From the sequence record NC_005260.1: 64,000 bases of DNA; one strand, written 5' to 3'. Positions 46,701-56,423 of this stretch are shown here, piece after piece. The position numbers were made by a program, and so were the translations under genes. The notes under the pieces were generated by a model. It was given only the letters and a program-made list of their open reading frames with translations. It made no database searches and was not told the origin of the DNA. How positions within the stretch are numbered: position 1 is the stretch's first letter; the number at the start of each line of letters is the position of its first letter.

Positions 46701-47735
46701 AACGCCAACGGTTCTAGTTATAAGCTAGAAGAACGTGAACAGCCGGTAATGAAAACAATCAACCGAACTAGATGGATTCCTGATTATAGAGTTGGACACA
46801 TGCATATTCAAAATGCGTGGAAACCAGATCCAAAAGATTGGGCGATTCGTATCAAGTTTAAAGTTGGTGCGTTGAAGGACGTTATGAATCCACTTATTAG
46901 TGGCTTGAAGAATGATACCAGCACAATCAATATAGATCAATACAACTCGGTAGAAAGTGTTCGTGTGTTTAGCTATGACGCAGCAAGAAAAATTAACACC
47001 GGCGTGACGTTGAATGCTGGATTCAAAGTCGGAGATATCGCTGATGTGTATGTTAATGTTCTTGGTAACAAAGTGACTATTTCGGCGAATGGAAAATCAA
47101 TAACAGGAGATTGGATTCCAGACGGCACAGAAAGCGTTAGTTTCATCGGTGCAAGAGAAGGCGCTGGATTGAGATACAACAACGATATATATCTTGTTGA
47201 GTTGATTGACAGTAGCACTAAACTTTGCAATAGCAGACGTTACGATTTGTCATATTATTCAACAGTTAAACCAACTCATACCGTAATAGAAAATGAGCTT
47301 GGTGCTATTAAATATATGAGAATTGGAGAAATAGATGCGACTAATACAATATACGGTTGGGACGGAACTAAAGGAGAAGAGTCTCAAATTGGACGTATGA
47401 AAGACTCATGGTTTATCGACGGGCATCAAATGGATCTTTTTACTACTATAAATACAAGTGGGTATAGTGCTTATTTGCATTTTGTTGGCAATAAGAGACC
47501 ATTTAATTCTGTTGATGTTGAGTTATATCAAATCGACAATAATAATAACGAGCAGTTGTTTGGAGTATACAACGCGAATCAGGCGATCAACTCGGAAGGA
47601 TATGGAATTCCGGAAAATGCTGACGTCAAAACTTGGTTTAGTGATTTGAACACTACCAAGAAAGTTATTTTCAGACCCAAAGGCGTCGGTGCATTGCTTG
47701 CATTTGTCGATGCGAAATCTTGGGTCGCTATCTAA
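43797..47735 (+). CDS. 35: gp35-like hinge connector, greatly extended (1312 aa)
   Basis: Start re-called at ATG 43797 (GGAGG RBS); N-terminal region like T4-type gp35; follows 34. Confidence 0.7.
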   Translation: MAELVIARVTEQGIQARDLSETFSGDNELIIKGQQGNAGGTCVATLNGVSLSPSQTKGLNCIHLTEDFKPTLMSFDFSVVTDTDRFTTWVNSLATGIILLMSHTENVTNDKLNTYFDQIGSVGWKYYWNPDKGTNRSSYVAIIDCPLKKIMTEQFMGHGKTTMQAQLCIVFDTFADIGVTGYGDMIAWEESEYFTKTPGYAVKELIKLSNLKDLNIHPGETIELTGELWASEQASVDKVKSSIFLQYYTDNAWISSHSINSSGIETWTKGTVTSVVPANCNRIFIRLYRYPNVPLSTAEIGIRDVMVKLRKPDVKKDRTNGTFGQWGFITANANAADSSANWVASSKGQDLITHSYEELDQEWLPQFNQDGWFDIPDWMPGSRYEISQTISYDYPLDTSGDGNAWMRSGMGGVTDGLEDRSIKVGIRTVKHARGEGHFMSYGGAYVDFDARIEYGRSYTYKIAVDGANVKFYLDGVEQTPTGTAVAFRQITHFSVGAEKRGNVHMHPIRGSVHELSMVDKTRTTGTNDRFYNFVRPGQLDDNRTVPGKSRYSGVEYFGDNLTPDNSGALFYCGAGSKLVPGGLSDESEAVYVTVLDAGGNELQSGVELNKRYLCDVVQLGTPRADWVSSPSQYHIRNPSKGSQWIVETEGKNVNTMKVKIECVTSPKINGTVTNVDWVDINKQIARFNGTNQCADIPTWKGPGEFQVKFNFERKTPLTSSYILEGRTTTDVDTKFGGMYINTTDQVIPYGGLVIASINGMPFVAGSKVIPGVDYIVCGYIKEGSQISRIGSRYNDVEYLQGYVWDLSFDGTGDDRYYKNYNVSRYDAFNNYIKDELGKTQSLYSKAYVRDFTLFSTAIKQNEKSYKFNAATTPSGASIAIDVPKGAMIRVDFDIDTETPSELRCSKHTSGSAPLIKSLPAGRNKGSVCYVVTDPDPGIYIRSIAPKLNELVKIHKLNVSRVYTDAIITNANGSSYKLEEREQPVMKTINRTRWIPDYRVGHMHIQNAWKPDPKDWAIRIKFKVGALKDVMNPLISGLKNDTSTINIDQYNSVESVRVFSYDAARKINTGVTLNAGFKVGDIADVYVNVLGNKVTISANGKSITGDWIPDGTESVSFIGAREGAGLRYNNDIYLVELIDSSTKLCNSRRYDLSYYSTVKPTHTVIENELGAIKYMRIGEIDATNTIYGWDGTKGEESQIGRMKDSWFIDGHQMDLFTTINTSGYSAYLHFVGNKRPFNSVDVELYQIDNNNNEQLFGVYNANQAINSEGYGIPENADVKTWFSDLNTTKKVIFRPKGVGALLAFVDAKSWVAI

Positions 47736-47775
47736 TCGTACCTACCCGGTACCCTTACCGCAACTTGCGGGTTTT

Positions 47776-47802
47776 GCCCTGACTTCGGTCAGGGCTTTTT
47801 TT
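47776..47802 (+). terminator. Terminator
   Basis: GCCCTGAC-TTCG-GTCAGGGCTTTTTTT. Confidence 0.92.
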
Positions 47803-47813
47803 ATTCCAAATCG

Positions 47814-47820
47814 CTAAATA
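47814..47820 (+). promoter_or_regulatory. Late promoter CTAAATA
   Basis: Between terminator and fibre 1 RBS. Confidence 0.8.
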
Positions 47821-47845
47821 AATGAAACTAACATGAGGATTAGAA

Positions 47846-50800
47846 ATGGCAGATCTTAAATTAGGGTCTCAGATTGGAGGAAATCTAATCTGGCACCAAG
47901 GAATTCTGGAATTAAATCCTGTTGACGATAAGCTGTTTTATCGTGATCAAGAAATAATGACTACCAGAGGATATCAGACTATGCTTGGTTCAATCAAGTT
48001 TGGTACTTCTAATGATGTCTATGACATCGAAAGTATGAGCGACGGCCCGGGTGGGGTTAAGCGTTATTTGCGTAAAATGCGCTCCGGTGCAGCTTCTACT
48101 ATTTGGCATGAAACTATTAATGATCGTCTATATACGATTTCAACGGGTATAACCGATGTTGCTCCTCAGTTTACGCTGAATAACGGAGACAGTGCGACGT
48201 TTCAATATCCGGTTTTAACTAACAGCCCACAATCCGGTTTAGCAAACTCATTTACCCGTAGAGATTATGTGGTAGCAGAAGATGCGAAGAAAGTTAATAA
48301 AGCTGGAGACGGAATGACCGGTAACTTGGATTTTCATAATGATAATCAAGGCATCAGAGTTAAATTTCCGGGTGGATCAGTAGCGAATAATACCGGAGTT
48401 TTCGGTGGAACAGGTGACGCCGCAGCAAAGGACAAAACCAATATTCAAATCAAATCTTGGTATGGTGTTGGATTTAGTCCAAGTGTAACAACTGCAACAA
48501 GTAAAGTCGTTGCAGATGGAGAGAACAGTATTTGGTTTGATCTCAGAAACGGTAAAATGACAACGGTAGGACGTTTATTCGTTGATACCGATAAAGAGGT
48601 ATATAGTCCAGTCAATAAGCCAACTCCCGGTGATATAGACGCTTATACAAAGAAAGAAGTTGACGAAAAAAGCTGGATTAGAGTCAAAGATGAACGAGCC
48701 GCAATGATTGCGCCGAATGCATTGGCAAATAAAACTGTTGCCGCATATTTCACTAATCAGAGCGATGTTTCGTCTGGCTGGGTATCTGGATTGACTGTAA
48801 ACGGTTGGGATACAAACTACGCCGCATGGTCATTGTTTGCTGGATCAAGATCTGATGCCGACGAAAATAAACTATGGTTTAAGCACGGACGTTCTACTTG
48901 GCTGCCTAGCTCACGCATTTATCACGAACAAGATAAGCCAACAAATGATGAACTAAACTTGGTATCGCGCGCCGGTGATATTATGACTGGTATTCTTGAT
49001 ATGAAAGTGCCTGATAGTATGGGTCATGGCAAATATAGTATCAAACTGAATAACGGCTCAATTGGTGGCATTAATCAGCTAGTGTTTAATGACCCGTCTG
49101 ATACTTTCTCGGAAGGTATTCTTTTCCCGAAAACAGGAAAGAACGATCAGGGAACGACAAGCGCGGATTATGATACTCTGTGGGCACTCGACGGCGTTTT
49201 GAAATTCAATGGTCAAGCAGCTTATGGCGAATGGAATAAGCCAAACGCAGATGACACGCAATCATTCCCGGATGTTAGAACAAAACTAGCAGTTGATTTG
49301 GATACAGTTTTAACAATTGGTGCTTATTTCCAAGATGCAAACACAAACGCGACTGTAGCATTCCATTATCCAATGCAATCAGCCGGATCTCTATTTGTAA
49401 CTCGTTCGGCTTATGGTGTTCAACAAGAGTATACAACTTTCGGCGGACGTAAATTCCAACGCGGTAGAACGAGCACGGGTGTATGGGGACCATGGACTGA
49501 GTTTTATTCTGACGCTGCACCAACTCGTTATTTGAAGACGACAGGTGATACCGTTACTGGCACGCTGAAATCAACAGCGAATATCGTAATCGAAAGTTCT
49601 TATGACGGAATGTTGACATTGAATTCTACCGATGACGGTCCGAATTATATTACATTCGCTCGCAGCGGTGATAATAGATTCTTCATTCGTCAGGCAACAA
49701 CGGGCGATATCGCAACAGATAGACTTGAATTTTTGAGTGGTGTTAAAAATACAGAAGGAGCTTATCTGACTCCACTATGGGTCGATAGCACTGGTGTTTA
49801 TTCCAATCTACCACAAAAGGATGCAAGTAACGCATTAACTCGTAAAGACTATGTAGATACCAAAGTTGGTACTGCGGTACAGAGCGTTACCGCGACCGGT
49901 GCTGTTAAGAGCACTGGCGGAATTAACCCAGTAATCAGTTTGATCAACGCGACAACTACTGCCGACGGTGCCATGAGCGCAGCCGATAAAGCTAAGTTGA
50001 ATGGACTACCTGCTGCCGCAGTCAACAAGACTGGCGATAGTATGACTGGTAATCTGACATTCACCAATAACAGCGAGTTGGTATGGAATAGAAATAGTGA
50101 TTGGGCTAAGATTGGTTTCAAGAACGATTCGGATTCCGATGTGGATGCTTATATGTGGTTTGAAGCAGGAGACAACGGAAACGAATATTTCAAATTCAGA
50201 AGTCGAATGACCGGCACAACAACACCGGTTGAACTTGTTAATATCAAGAAAGAAAACACAACTTTCATGCATGACGTTGTATTGAAGGCGAGAGAATCTA
50301 ACGAATTAACATTGACCAATGATCCAACTGCTTATACCAATAATACAGGAACAACTCGTATGATTGGTGGTGTTTATTCTCAATGGTATACCGATGCGCT
50401 GACGTTTGGACATTTCAGAGGACCATCCACTACTTCTGCTGGATTTAAAGTTAAACTGAATGACAAGGATATATTAGCAGTTGCACCTGATAGAACACTC
50501 ACAACCGGAGCCGTGATTGGTGATAGTTATGTTGCTGTCTCTAAAGCAGGTAAACTTCTAGCATTGGAAGTTGATACCACGACTAAGATTCCTTATATTA
50601 GCGTCGATGCAACTTATCAGGCGATTCGATTTGAGGATGATAAGTCAATCACTTTGCCAGCGGGTCCTCTGAGTGTTTCTGGTAATATCAGAGCAACTGG
50701 GTCCGGAGATGTTTTTGCCAAAGAGAGTGTGAACGTTACCGGTCAGATTGTTTATTTTGCCGACAAAGCTACTGGTAAGACTGCTGGTGAAACTGGTATT

Positions 50801-51922
50801 ACTACCGCGCGTTTTATTGAAATGCTAAATGAAAAAGGTGCGTTTAAGACTGTTTATTGGTGCGGCAAAGCCACATGGGATTATGCCGGAAATAACGTGA
50901 TCACAGATCTAGGACAAGGATTTGGTAATTTGCACTTGGCAGGTTGCGTTATTGAAGTAATCGGAACAAGCAGTCAATATATTATTCGAGTTACAACTCC
51001 AACAACTCACGGAACTGCATTGGGCGCAAGCGTTAATCGCGAATATATCTATTCTAATCATGGACCAACTTATGCCCCTGGTTGGAGACGTAGTATTAAT
51101 AGCCTCGATGTAAACTTGCAGCAATCTGGCTCATGGGCGACAACAATCAATAAAATTCCATATATCGGTGGAAACGGAGTAATGGAAATTGCAAAATATA
51201 TTGATTTCCATGATACGGATAGCACAGCGGATTATACCGTTAGACTAGAAAATCAAGGCGATAGTCTCTGGGTTAGAACACAACATGGTGGATTGCAGCT
51301 TGGTGCACAGAATACAAGTTACGCTCATATATACACAGATCGTCCTGTGTTCTACATGAACAAAGAGCTACAAATCAACGGAGCTCGCGTTATGTTCGAG
51401 GGTTCAACACACGGAACGTTGACTTTATCAAACTGGATTAGAACTACTGGTGACACGGGATTGTTTTGTGCATCACATGGTGGCGGTATTCATATGTCCG
51501 ATGCTACATGGGTTAGAGTTTACAACGGCAAAAAGTTCTTCGTTTCTAATGCGGATGGCGACGCGATATATACTGCCGGTGGAATGAAGGCAGAAGGAAA
51601 CGGTAGTTTTAACGACGTTCAAATTCGTTCGGATGAAAGATTGAAATCCAATTTCAAACCTATTCTGAATGCTCTGGACAAAGTTGATACTCTTTCTGGA
51701 TTGACATATGACAAAGTTGGTAAAACAACTCGCGAAGCTGGTATTATTGCGCAGAAACTAAAAGCGGTGTTGCCAGAAGCAACCGGCACAGTCTTGAATG
51801 CAATGGACCCGACTGCAATTGAGTATCTGACTGTTTCTAACTCTGGCGTCAACGCGCTATTGGTAGAAGCAATCAAAGAGCTTAGAGCAGAATTGAACGA
51901 ACTTAAATCTAAACTTAACTAA
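47846..51922 (+). CDS. Distal long tail fibre 1 (gp36-like N-terminus fused to gp37-like body) with C-terminal S74 intramolecular chaperone
   Basis: MADLKLGSQIGGNLIWHQG resembles T4 gp36 MADLKVGSTTGGSVIWHQG; SDERLK...GIIAQ...LLVEAIKEL S74 signature. Confidence 0.88.
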   Translation: MADLKLGSQIGGNLIWHQGILELNPVDDKLFYRDQEIMTTRGYQTMLGSIKFGTSNDVYDIESMSDGPGGVKRYLRKMRSGAASTIWHETINDRLYTISTGITDVAPQFTLNNGDSATFQYPVLTNSPQSGLANSFTRRDYVVAEDAKKVNKAGDGMTGNLDFHNDNQGIRVKFPGGSVANNTGVFGGTGDAAAKDKTNIQIKSWYGVGFSPSVTTATSKVVADGENSIWFDLRNGKMTTVGRLFVDTDKEVYSPVNKPTPGDIDAYTKKEVDEKSWIRVKDERAAMIAPNALANKTVAAYFTNQSDVSSGWVSGLTVNGWDTNYAAWSLFAGSRSDADENKLWFKHGRSTWLPSSRIYHEQDKPTNDELNLVSRAGDIMTGILDMKVPDSMGHGKYSIKLNNGSIGGINQLVFNDPSDTFSEGILFPKTGKNDQGTTSADYDTLWALDGVLKFNGQAAYGEWNKPNADDTQSFPDVRTKLAVDLDTVLTIGAYFQDANTNATVAFHYPMQSAGSLFVTRSAYGVQQEYTTFGGRKFQRGRTSTGVWGPWTEFYSDAAPTRYLKTTGDTVTGTLKSTANIVIESSYDGMLTLNSTDDGPNYITFARSGDNRFFIRQATTGDIATDRLEFLSGVKNTEGAYLTPLWVDSTGVYSNLPQKDASNALTRKDYVDTKVGTAVQSVTATGAVKSTGGINPVISLINATTTADGAMSAADKAKLNGLPAAAVNKTGDSMTGNLTFTNNSELVWNRNSDWAKIGFKNDSDSDVDAYMWFEAGDNGNEYFKFRSRMTGTTTPVELVNIKKENTTFMHDVVLKARESNELTLTNDPTAYTNNTGTTRMIGGVYSQWYTDALTFGHFRGPSTTSAGFKVKLNDKDILAVAPDRTLTTGAVIGDSYVAVSKAGKLLALEVDTTTKIPYISVDATYQAIRFEDDKSITLPAGPLSVSGNIRATGSGDVFAKESVNVTGQIVYFADKATGKTAGETGITTARFIEMLNEKGAFKTVYWCGKATWDYAGNNVITDLGQGFGNLHLAGCVIEVIGTSSQYIIRVTTPTTHGTALGASVNREYIYSNHGPTYAPGWRRSINSLDVNLQQSGSWATTINKIPYIGGNGVMEIAKYIDFHDTDSTADYTVRLENQGDSLWVRTQHGGLQLGAQNTSYAHIYTDRPVFYMNKELQINGARVMFEGSTHGTLTLSNWIRTTGDTGLFCASHGGGIHMSDATWVRVYNGKKFFVSNADGDAIYTAGGMKAEGNGSFNDVQIRSDERLKSNFKPILNALDKVDTLSGLTYDKVGKTTREAGIIAQKLKAVLPEATGTVLNAMDPTAIEYLTVSNSGVNALLVEAIKELRAELNELKSKLN

Positions 51923-51956
51923 GGAGGACGGGGAGAAAATCCCCGTTATTATTATG
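51920..51956 (+). promoter_or_regulatory. RBS separated from ATG by a hairpin
   Basis: TAAGGAGG + ACGGGGA-GAAAA-TCCCCGT + 7 nt + ATG. Confidence 0.75.
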
Positions 51957-52394
51957 GTAGCATTACCTTTCTGGCTTTCAACTGCAAACGCAGAATTGCG
52001 AGCTAACGGTTGGGCTAGTAACATGAGAACACAAGCTGGATTACCGGTTGCTGGTTTCATGAGTCAGTTGGTAAATAAAACAGCGATTAGTCTGATTGCC
52101 GCACCAAGTCGAACTAGCTCTATGCCTGTTTATTTCTCCTACTCAGGAGGAAAAGTTATTATGGAAGTTCCAACGTATAACTTGAAACAAGAAATCATAC
52201 TTGGTATGCCTTACGTTAATATTACAATGTCTGGACCAATACAAGCGCAGGGTTATAATGGCGGATGGCAGCGAATGGATGCGGGCATGATAAAAATGGT
52301 AAAAACATTTCAAGCAACAACTGAGTTTGTTATTACGTTTTCGAGTTCGCCGGACGGAACAACATCTAGACATCAATTTACATTTAAAAACTAA
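51954..52394 (+). CDS. 38: gp38-like fibre-tip adhesin
   Basis: LPFWLSTA...GWAS......AGLPVAGFMSQL resembles the N-terminal attachment domain of T2/T6-type gp38; follows an S74-bearing fibre. Confidence 0.65.
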   Translation: MVALPFWLSTANAELRANGWASNMRTQAGLPVAGFMSQLVNKTAISLIAAPSRTSSMPVYFSYSGGKVIMEVPTYNLKQEIILGMPYVNITMSGPIQAQGYNGGWQRMDAGMIKMVKTFQATTEFVITFSSSPDGTTSRHQFTFKN

Positions 52395-52415
52395 GCCACC
52401 TTCGGGTGGCTTTTT
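52393..52415 (+). terminator. Terminator
   Basis: AAGCCACC-TTCG-GGTGGCTTTTT. Confidence 0.9.
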
Positions 52416-52423
52416 CATTTTCA

Positions 52424-52430
52424 CTAAATA
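52424..52430 (+). promoter_or_regulatory. Late promoter CTAAATA
   Basis: Between terminator and fibre 2 RBS. Confidence 0.8.
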
Positions 52431-52456
52431 ACGATATAAACTGAGAGGAGTCTATA

Positions 52457-55400
52457 ATGGCAGATCTTAAATTAGGATCACAAATCGGAGGTAATCTGAT
52501 TTGGCACCAAGGCATTCTTGAGCTAAACCCTCTTGATGATAGCCTGTTTTATAAAGAATTCGATATGATCACCTCTAAAGGGGGTCAAACTATTAATGGC
52601 GGTATTTCTCTAAAAGGAGATATCAACTCAACTGGTAAATTTATCGGAGTTGGTAATGATGTTGGCTGGGGACAAGCTCCACACGCCGCATTTAACATGG
52701 ACAAAGATAATACATCCGGTGCTCACTGGCTTATTGCAAGCCGCAAATCAGACGGTAGTCCACGTGCTGGTATTCAAGTGCTGACAAGTGATATCGGCGA
52801 AACTCGTATTTACACAAACAAGAATGCGAACTATGTTGGATTCCGTGACGGCCAAGTGTATATCACAGCAACAACTCCTTCCGTTGCATCACATGCTGCT
52901 CGCAAAGACTACGTGGACAAAGAAGTTGATAGAGCTATGCAGTTCGCTGAAACAACTACTGACAAACTTACCACAGACTTGGCAACAGCAAACACAAAGA
53001 TCGACACATTAGACGCGCAGAATGTTAAGTTGACTGGAGATCAAACAATTAGCGGAATCAAGCGATTCAACGCTCATATTTTTGTTCCGACTGCTGATCC
53101 AACTTTAGATACACAGCTCACACATAAGGCATACGTCGATAAGAAAGTCGGTACCGCTGTTCAGGGAATCGCTGTGACTGCACCATTGACTACCACCGGC
53201 GGTGTTAACCCAACGCTGGCAATCACGGCTGCCACACGTACTGCCGCAGGTAGTATGAGTGCTGCGGATAAAGTTAAGCTAGACGATCTTCCTGCCGACG
53301 CACTGAGTCGTTCTGGTGGCAATATGAAGAACGGTGGATATATCAACTTAGAAGGTGTTGGTGGTATTCAGTCTCTTTATAACGGGAAAACTTATTCCGT
53401 TTTGAGAGATCATAATAACGGCAACGTTACATTAAGTGCCGCTAGTGGTGATTTGTATCTTGGATATCAAACTACCGCCGAAGTATATACAACCAAGAAC
53501 GTTATTCTTCATCAAACTATGAAATGGAATTCAGGAACTGGACGTGTTCTTGTTGATACCGATGGATTTATTCCGTGGGCAAGTATTAAAGATAAAGTCG
53601 GATTAGAAGGTAAGACTAAGCAAATTACGGGTCCTATCAATTTTGATGAATATGAGAGTACCGGTTTTTATAACTTGTATACAGCAAGAGCAACTGGATC
53701 AGTTAATCCACCACCATTCGATTACGGAACAATGCTTGTTCTTGGATCGGATAGAGATACTAGAACTTTTGTAACTCAAATCGCAACTGATAGAACTCAA
53801 GGATCGACTTATATCCGTACTAGAAATGATGGTGCGTTTGCTTGGACTCCGTGGGTAAAACAGATTGACGAACGTGGCGGTACTCTGAAAGATTTGACAG
53901 TTACCGAACAAGTCCAAATGAAAAAAGGATATGATGCTGATCTGAGTGGTATTATTCACAAATCATTTGAACACATTGGTAACACCGGTGATATGAAACC
54001 CATTTTGATTCTGTTGGCAAAACGTAGTTCTACTACAGCAATCGAAAGAAATGGCTTTATGGGACGGATTCATTTCAACCGTGGCGCAACGACATCGAAT
54101 CTTCAAGGCGATTATATCGATCTGGTAGCTTATTCTGGATATACCGAACAGTTCTATCGAATCAATTATATCAGTGGCGCAAAGATGGCTGGCACTAAGC
54201 TAGTTTATCATACACACACAGACGGAATTGAATATATCGCGTTGTATCGTTCGGCTAATAGTGCGTCCAACGTTGTAATCGATGGATTGTATTGGAACAC
54301 CGCACCGATTCTTATTGCTGATGCTACTGGTAGAGCAATGACTGATTTGGTAACTCGTCAATCATTCTATACCGATTATAATAAGCCGACTAACGAAGAT
54401 TTGGATTTAGTATCTCGCGCTGGCGATGAAATGACTGGAACATTAAGATCTGCCAAAATCAAAAATGCCATCATGGTAAACGATAAAGGAAGTATTAGTT
54501 TCCAAGATGGAGCAAGCACTAGATTCCATTTGGCATCCGAAGGCAATTCGCTTACGCTGAAACATGGAAACGACGGACAAAATGCGCTCGTTACATATTT
54601 GGGAGATGGCTCAATTACTTCTGTTGGACCGGTTACCGCGTCTGCATTCAGATCTAGTGGTGATTATGGGTTTGTTCGTTCAACTAATAACACCCAAGGT
54701 ATGTTCGTTGGAGCTGACGGTAGAACTATTATCGGCGGCGGTGTTAATGGCGTCGTTCATATTCGTCCGCAGGGAATTGGCACAACAACAGTTGAAACCA
54801 CGATCAACAACGACGGTACTATTACTCTAGGTAAACAAGGAACTGCTGCTGGACATTTAATTAATAAGGCTTATGTTGACGCAGTTGATGCCAAGAACGT
54901 AGCGAAAGCCGGTGATACTATGACTGGTGATTTGATTAACACAAAAAGCGTTCGCGCTCCCGTTGTATTGTCTGCCGTTGGAGATAGAAAGTTAGCACTG
55001 GAAATAAGTTCGGCAGCTGATAATCTTCCTTATATAAGTGTTGATTTTGCATATCGCGCTCTTGAGTTCAACGATAATAAATCAGTCACTGCGGTTCACG
55101 GATTTGAGGTGAACGGAAGAAACTCAACATCAAACTTTATTGTTCGTTCTACTGGATTTGTTGGTGGTTGGGCTCGTGGATTAGCTGGGCTTTCCGGGGT
55201 GGATACGATATCAACACAGAAAGCTGGAATTGGTTTCTCTGGTACAGGAGACTCAATCGCTCAAGTTTATATGGGTATGGGTTCTGCTCCTTGGGAAGCA
55301 GATAAAGGCATTCAAATTAACGCAAGTAACCAAATGTCATTTAAAAATGGACAAGACGGTGCTGCTATATTTGATGCGGGAGCGAGTGCTATGTTTAGAA

Positions 55401-56368
55401 ACGGAACAACTAACGCTTGGTATCATATAAACAATAACGTGGCGAATGACGGTGTTATGATTTCACAGGGCGCAACCGCTGGTGTTGATCCGATTTCTAG
55501 ATTCTCTGCGGCTGATATTAAGTTACATAAAAGAACTTATGTTCTTGGTAATGGTCAATTCCAGATCAACACAAGCGGTAATCCTGTTCTTGAGTTTCAT
55601 GTTCCAGGAAAACACGCTCGACTTGTTTGGCTAGATAGTACAACAGGAGATTTGAATTTCGGTCAATCTAACGGTGCATTTGGAGAAGCAAAGCGTTACA
55701 TGCAGATGCGAGCAGAAGGAACCGGACTTACTATGTATGGAAACAACTGGTCGGCAGCTGGATCACATGCATACGCAGATCAATGGGCAAGAGAAGCTCC
55801 TATTCAAGTTGATTTCGGTACTGTGAATGGTTCCTCGGATTATTATCAAATAGTCAAAGGTCGTTCCATTGCGTCTGGATTTGGATTTACAACGGACGTA
55901 GAATTCGGTACGCTTCGTTCAGGAGGTGGTACATGGGGAACGGCAGTTATTAGAGTTGGATCCGGTGAATCTGCAACACGAACATCACAGGCAGTATTTC
56001 AATTTGGAATAACAGGAAACTTTGTTGCTCCTGGTGGTGTATATGGTGGTGGTGTATATGATTCTGGCAACAGATGTTATTCAGCTAGTAACCCTCCCCC
56101 TGTTGCAGATGGAACCGAGGTTGGAACAGCAATGGCAAATATGAGTGTGTCCGCAATTGGTGCAATCGGATTTATGGTACTTAATACTCAAGTTGGAAAT
56201 AAATCCGCTGGATACGAAGTTGCTGGATCTGCATTAAGATGGTGTTCTGCTGAGGGAAACAATATCTCAAGCAACGCACCTCCTGGCACATGGAGACTAC
56301 TAGGATATATTGACGGTTCCGGTGGTTACACCAGATGGAATACATCTTTGTGGCAGAGAGTCAGATAA
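52457..56368 (+). CDS. Distal long tail fibre 2 (gp36-like N-terminus fused to fibre body, no S74)
   Basis: First 25 aa identical to fibre 1; ends PPGTWRLLGY...SLWQRVR, a common fibre C-terminus. Confidence 0.88.
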   Translation: MADLKLGSQIGGNLIWHQGILELNPLDDSLFYKEFDMITSKGGQTINGGISLKGDINSTGKFIGVGNDVGWGQAPHAAFNMDKDNTSGAHWLIASRKSDGSPRAGIQVLTSDIGETRIYTNKNANYVGFRDGQVYITATTPSVASHAARKDYVDKEVDRAMQFAETTTDKLTTDLATANTKIDTLDAQNVKLTGDQTISGIKRFNAHIFVPTADPTLDTQLTHKAYVDKKVGTAVQGIAVTAPLTTTGGVNPTLAITAATRTAAGSMSAADKVKLDDLPADALSRSGGNMKNGGYINLEGVGGIQSLYNGKTYSVLRDHNNGNVTLSAASGDLYLGYQTTAEVYTTKNVILHQTMKWNSGTGRVLVDTDGFIPWASIKDKVGLEGKTKQITGPINFDEYESTGFYNLYTARATGSVNPPPFDYGTMLVLGSDRDTRTFVTQIATDRTQGSTYIRTRNDGAFAWTPWVKQIDERGGTLKDLTVTEQVQMKKGYDADLSGIIHKSFEHIGNTGDMKPILILLAKRSSTTAIERNGFMGRIHFNRGATTSNLQGDYIDLVAYSGYTEQFYRINYISGAKMAGTKLVYHTHTDGIEYIALYRSANSASNVVIDGLYWNTAPILIADATGRAMTDLVTRQSFYTDYNKPTNEDLDLVSRAGDEMTGTLRSAKIKNAIMVNDKGSISFQDGASTRFHLASEGNSLTLKHGNDGQNALVTYLGDGSITSVGPVTASAFRSSGDYGFVRSTNNTQGMFVGADGRTIIGGGVNGVVHIRPQGIGTTTVETTINNDGTITLGKQGTAAGHLINKAYVDAVDAKNVAKAGDTMTGDLINTKSVRAPVVLSAVGDRKLALEISSAADNLPYISVDFAYRALEFNDNKSVTAVHGFEVNGRNSTSNFIVRSTGFVGGWARGLAGLSGVDTISTQKAGIGFSGTGDSIAQVYMGMGSAPWEADKGIQINASNQMSFKNGQDGAAIFDAGASAMFRNGTTNAWYHINNNVANDGVMISQGATAGVDPISRFSAADIKLHKRTYVLGNGQFQINTSGNPVLEFHVPGKHARLVWLDSTTGDLNFGQSNGAFGEAKRYMQMRAEGTGLTMYGNNWSAAGSHAYADQWAREAPIQVDFGTVNGSSDYYQIVKGRSIASGFGFTTDVEFGTLRSGGGTWGTAVIRVGSGESATRTSQAVFQFGITGNFVAPGGVYGGGVYDSGNRCYSASNPPPVADGTEVGTAMANMSVSAIGAIGFMVLNTQVGNKSAGYEVAGSALRWCSAEGNNISSNAPPGTWRLLGYIDGSGGYTRWNTSLWQRVR

Positions 56369-56371
56369 GAA

Positions 56372-56404
56372 CTAAATAACTCAAAGGGGGCTTCGGCCCC
56401 TTTT
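56372..56404 (+). promoter_or_regulatory. Late promoter CTAAATA followed by a UUCG hairpin
   Basis: CTAAATA 56372-78; AAAGGGGGC-TTCG-GCCCCTTTT 56383-56404. Confidence 0.65.
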
Positions 56405-56423
56405 CTATTATAAAGGAGATCAA

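Noticed and set aside
47846-56368. Invertible shufflon for the tail fibres
   Set aside because: All fibre genes are on one strand, and no invertase or inverted crossover sites were seen.
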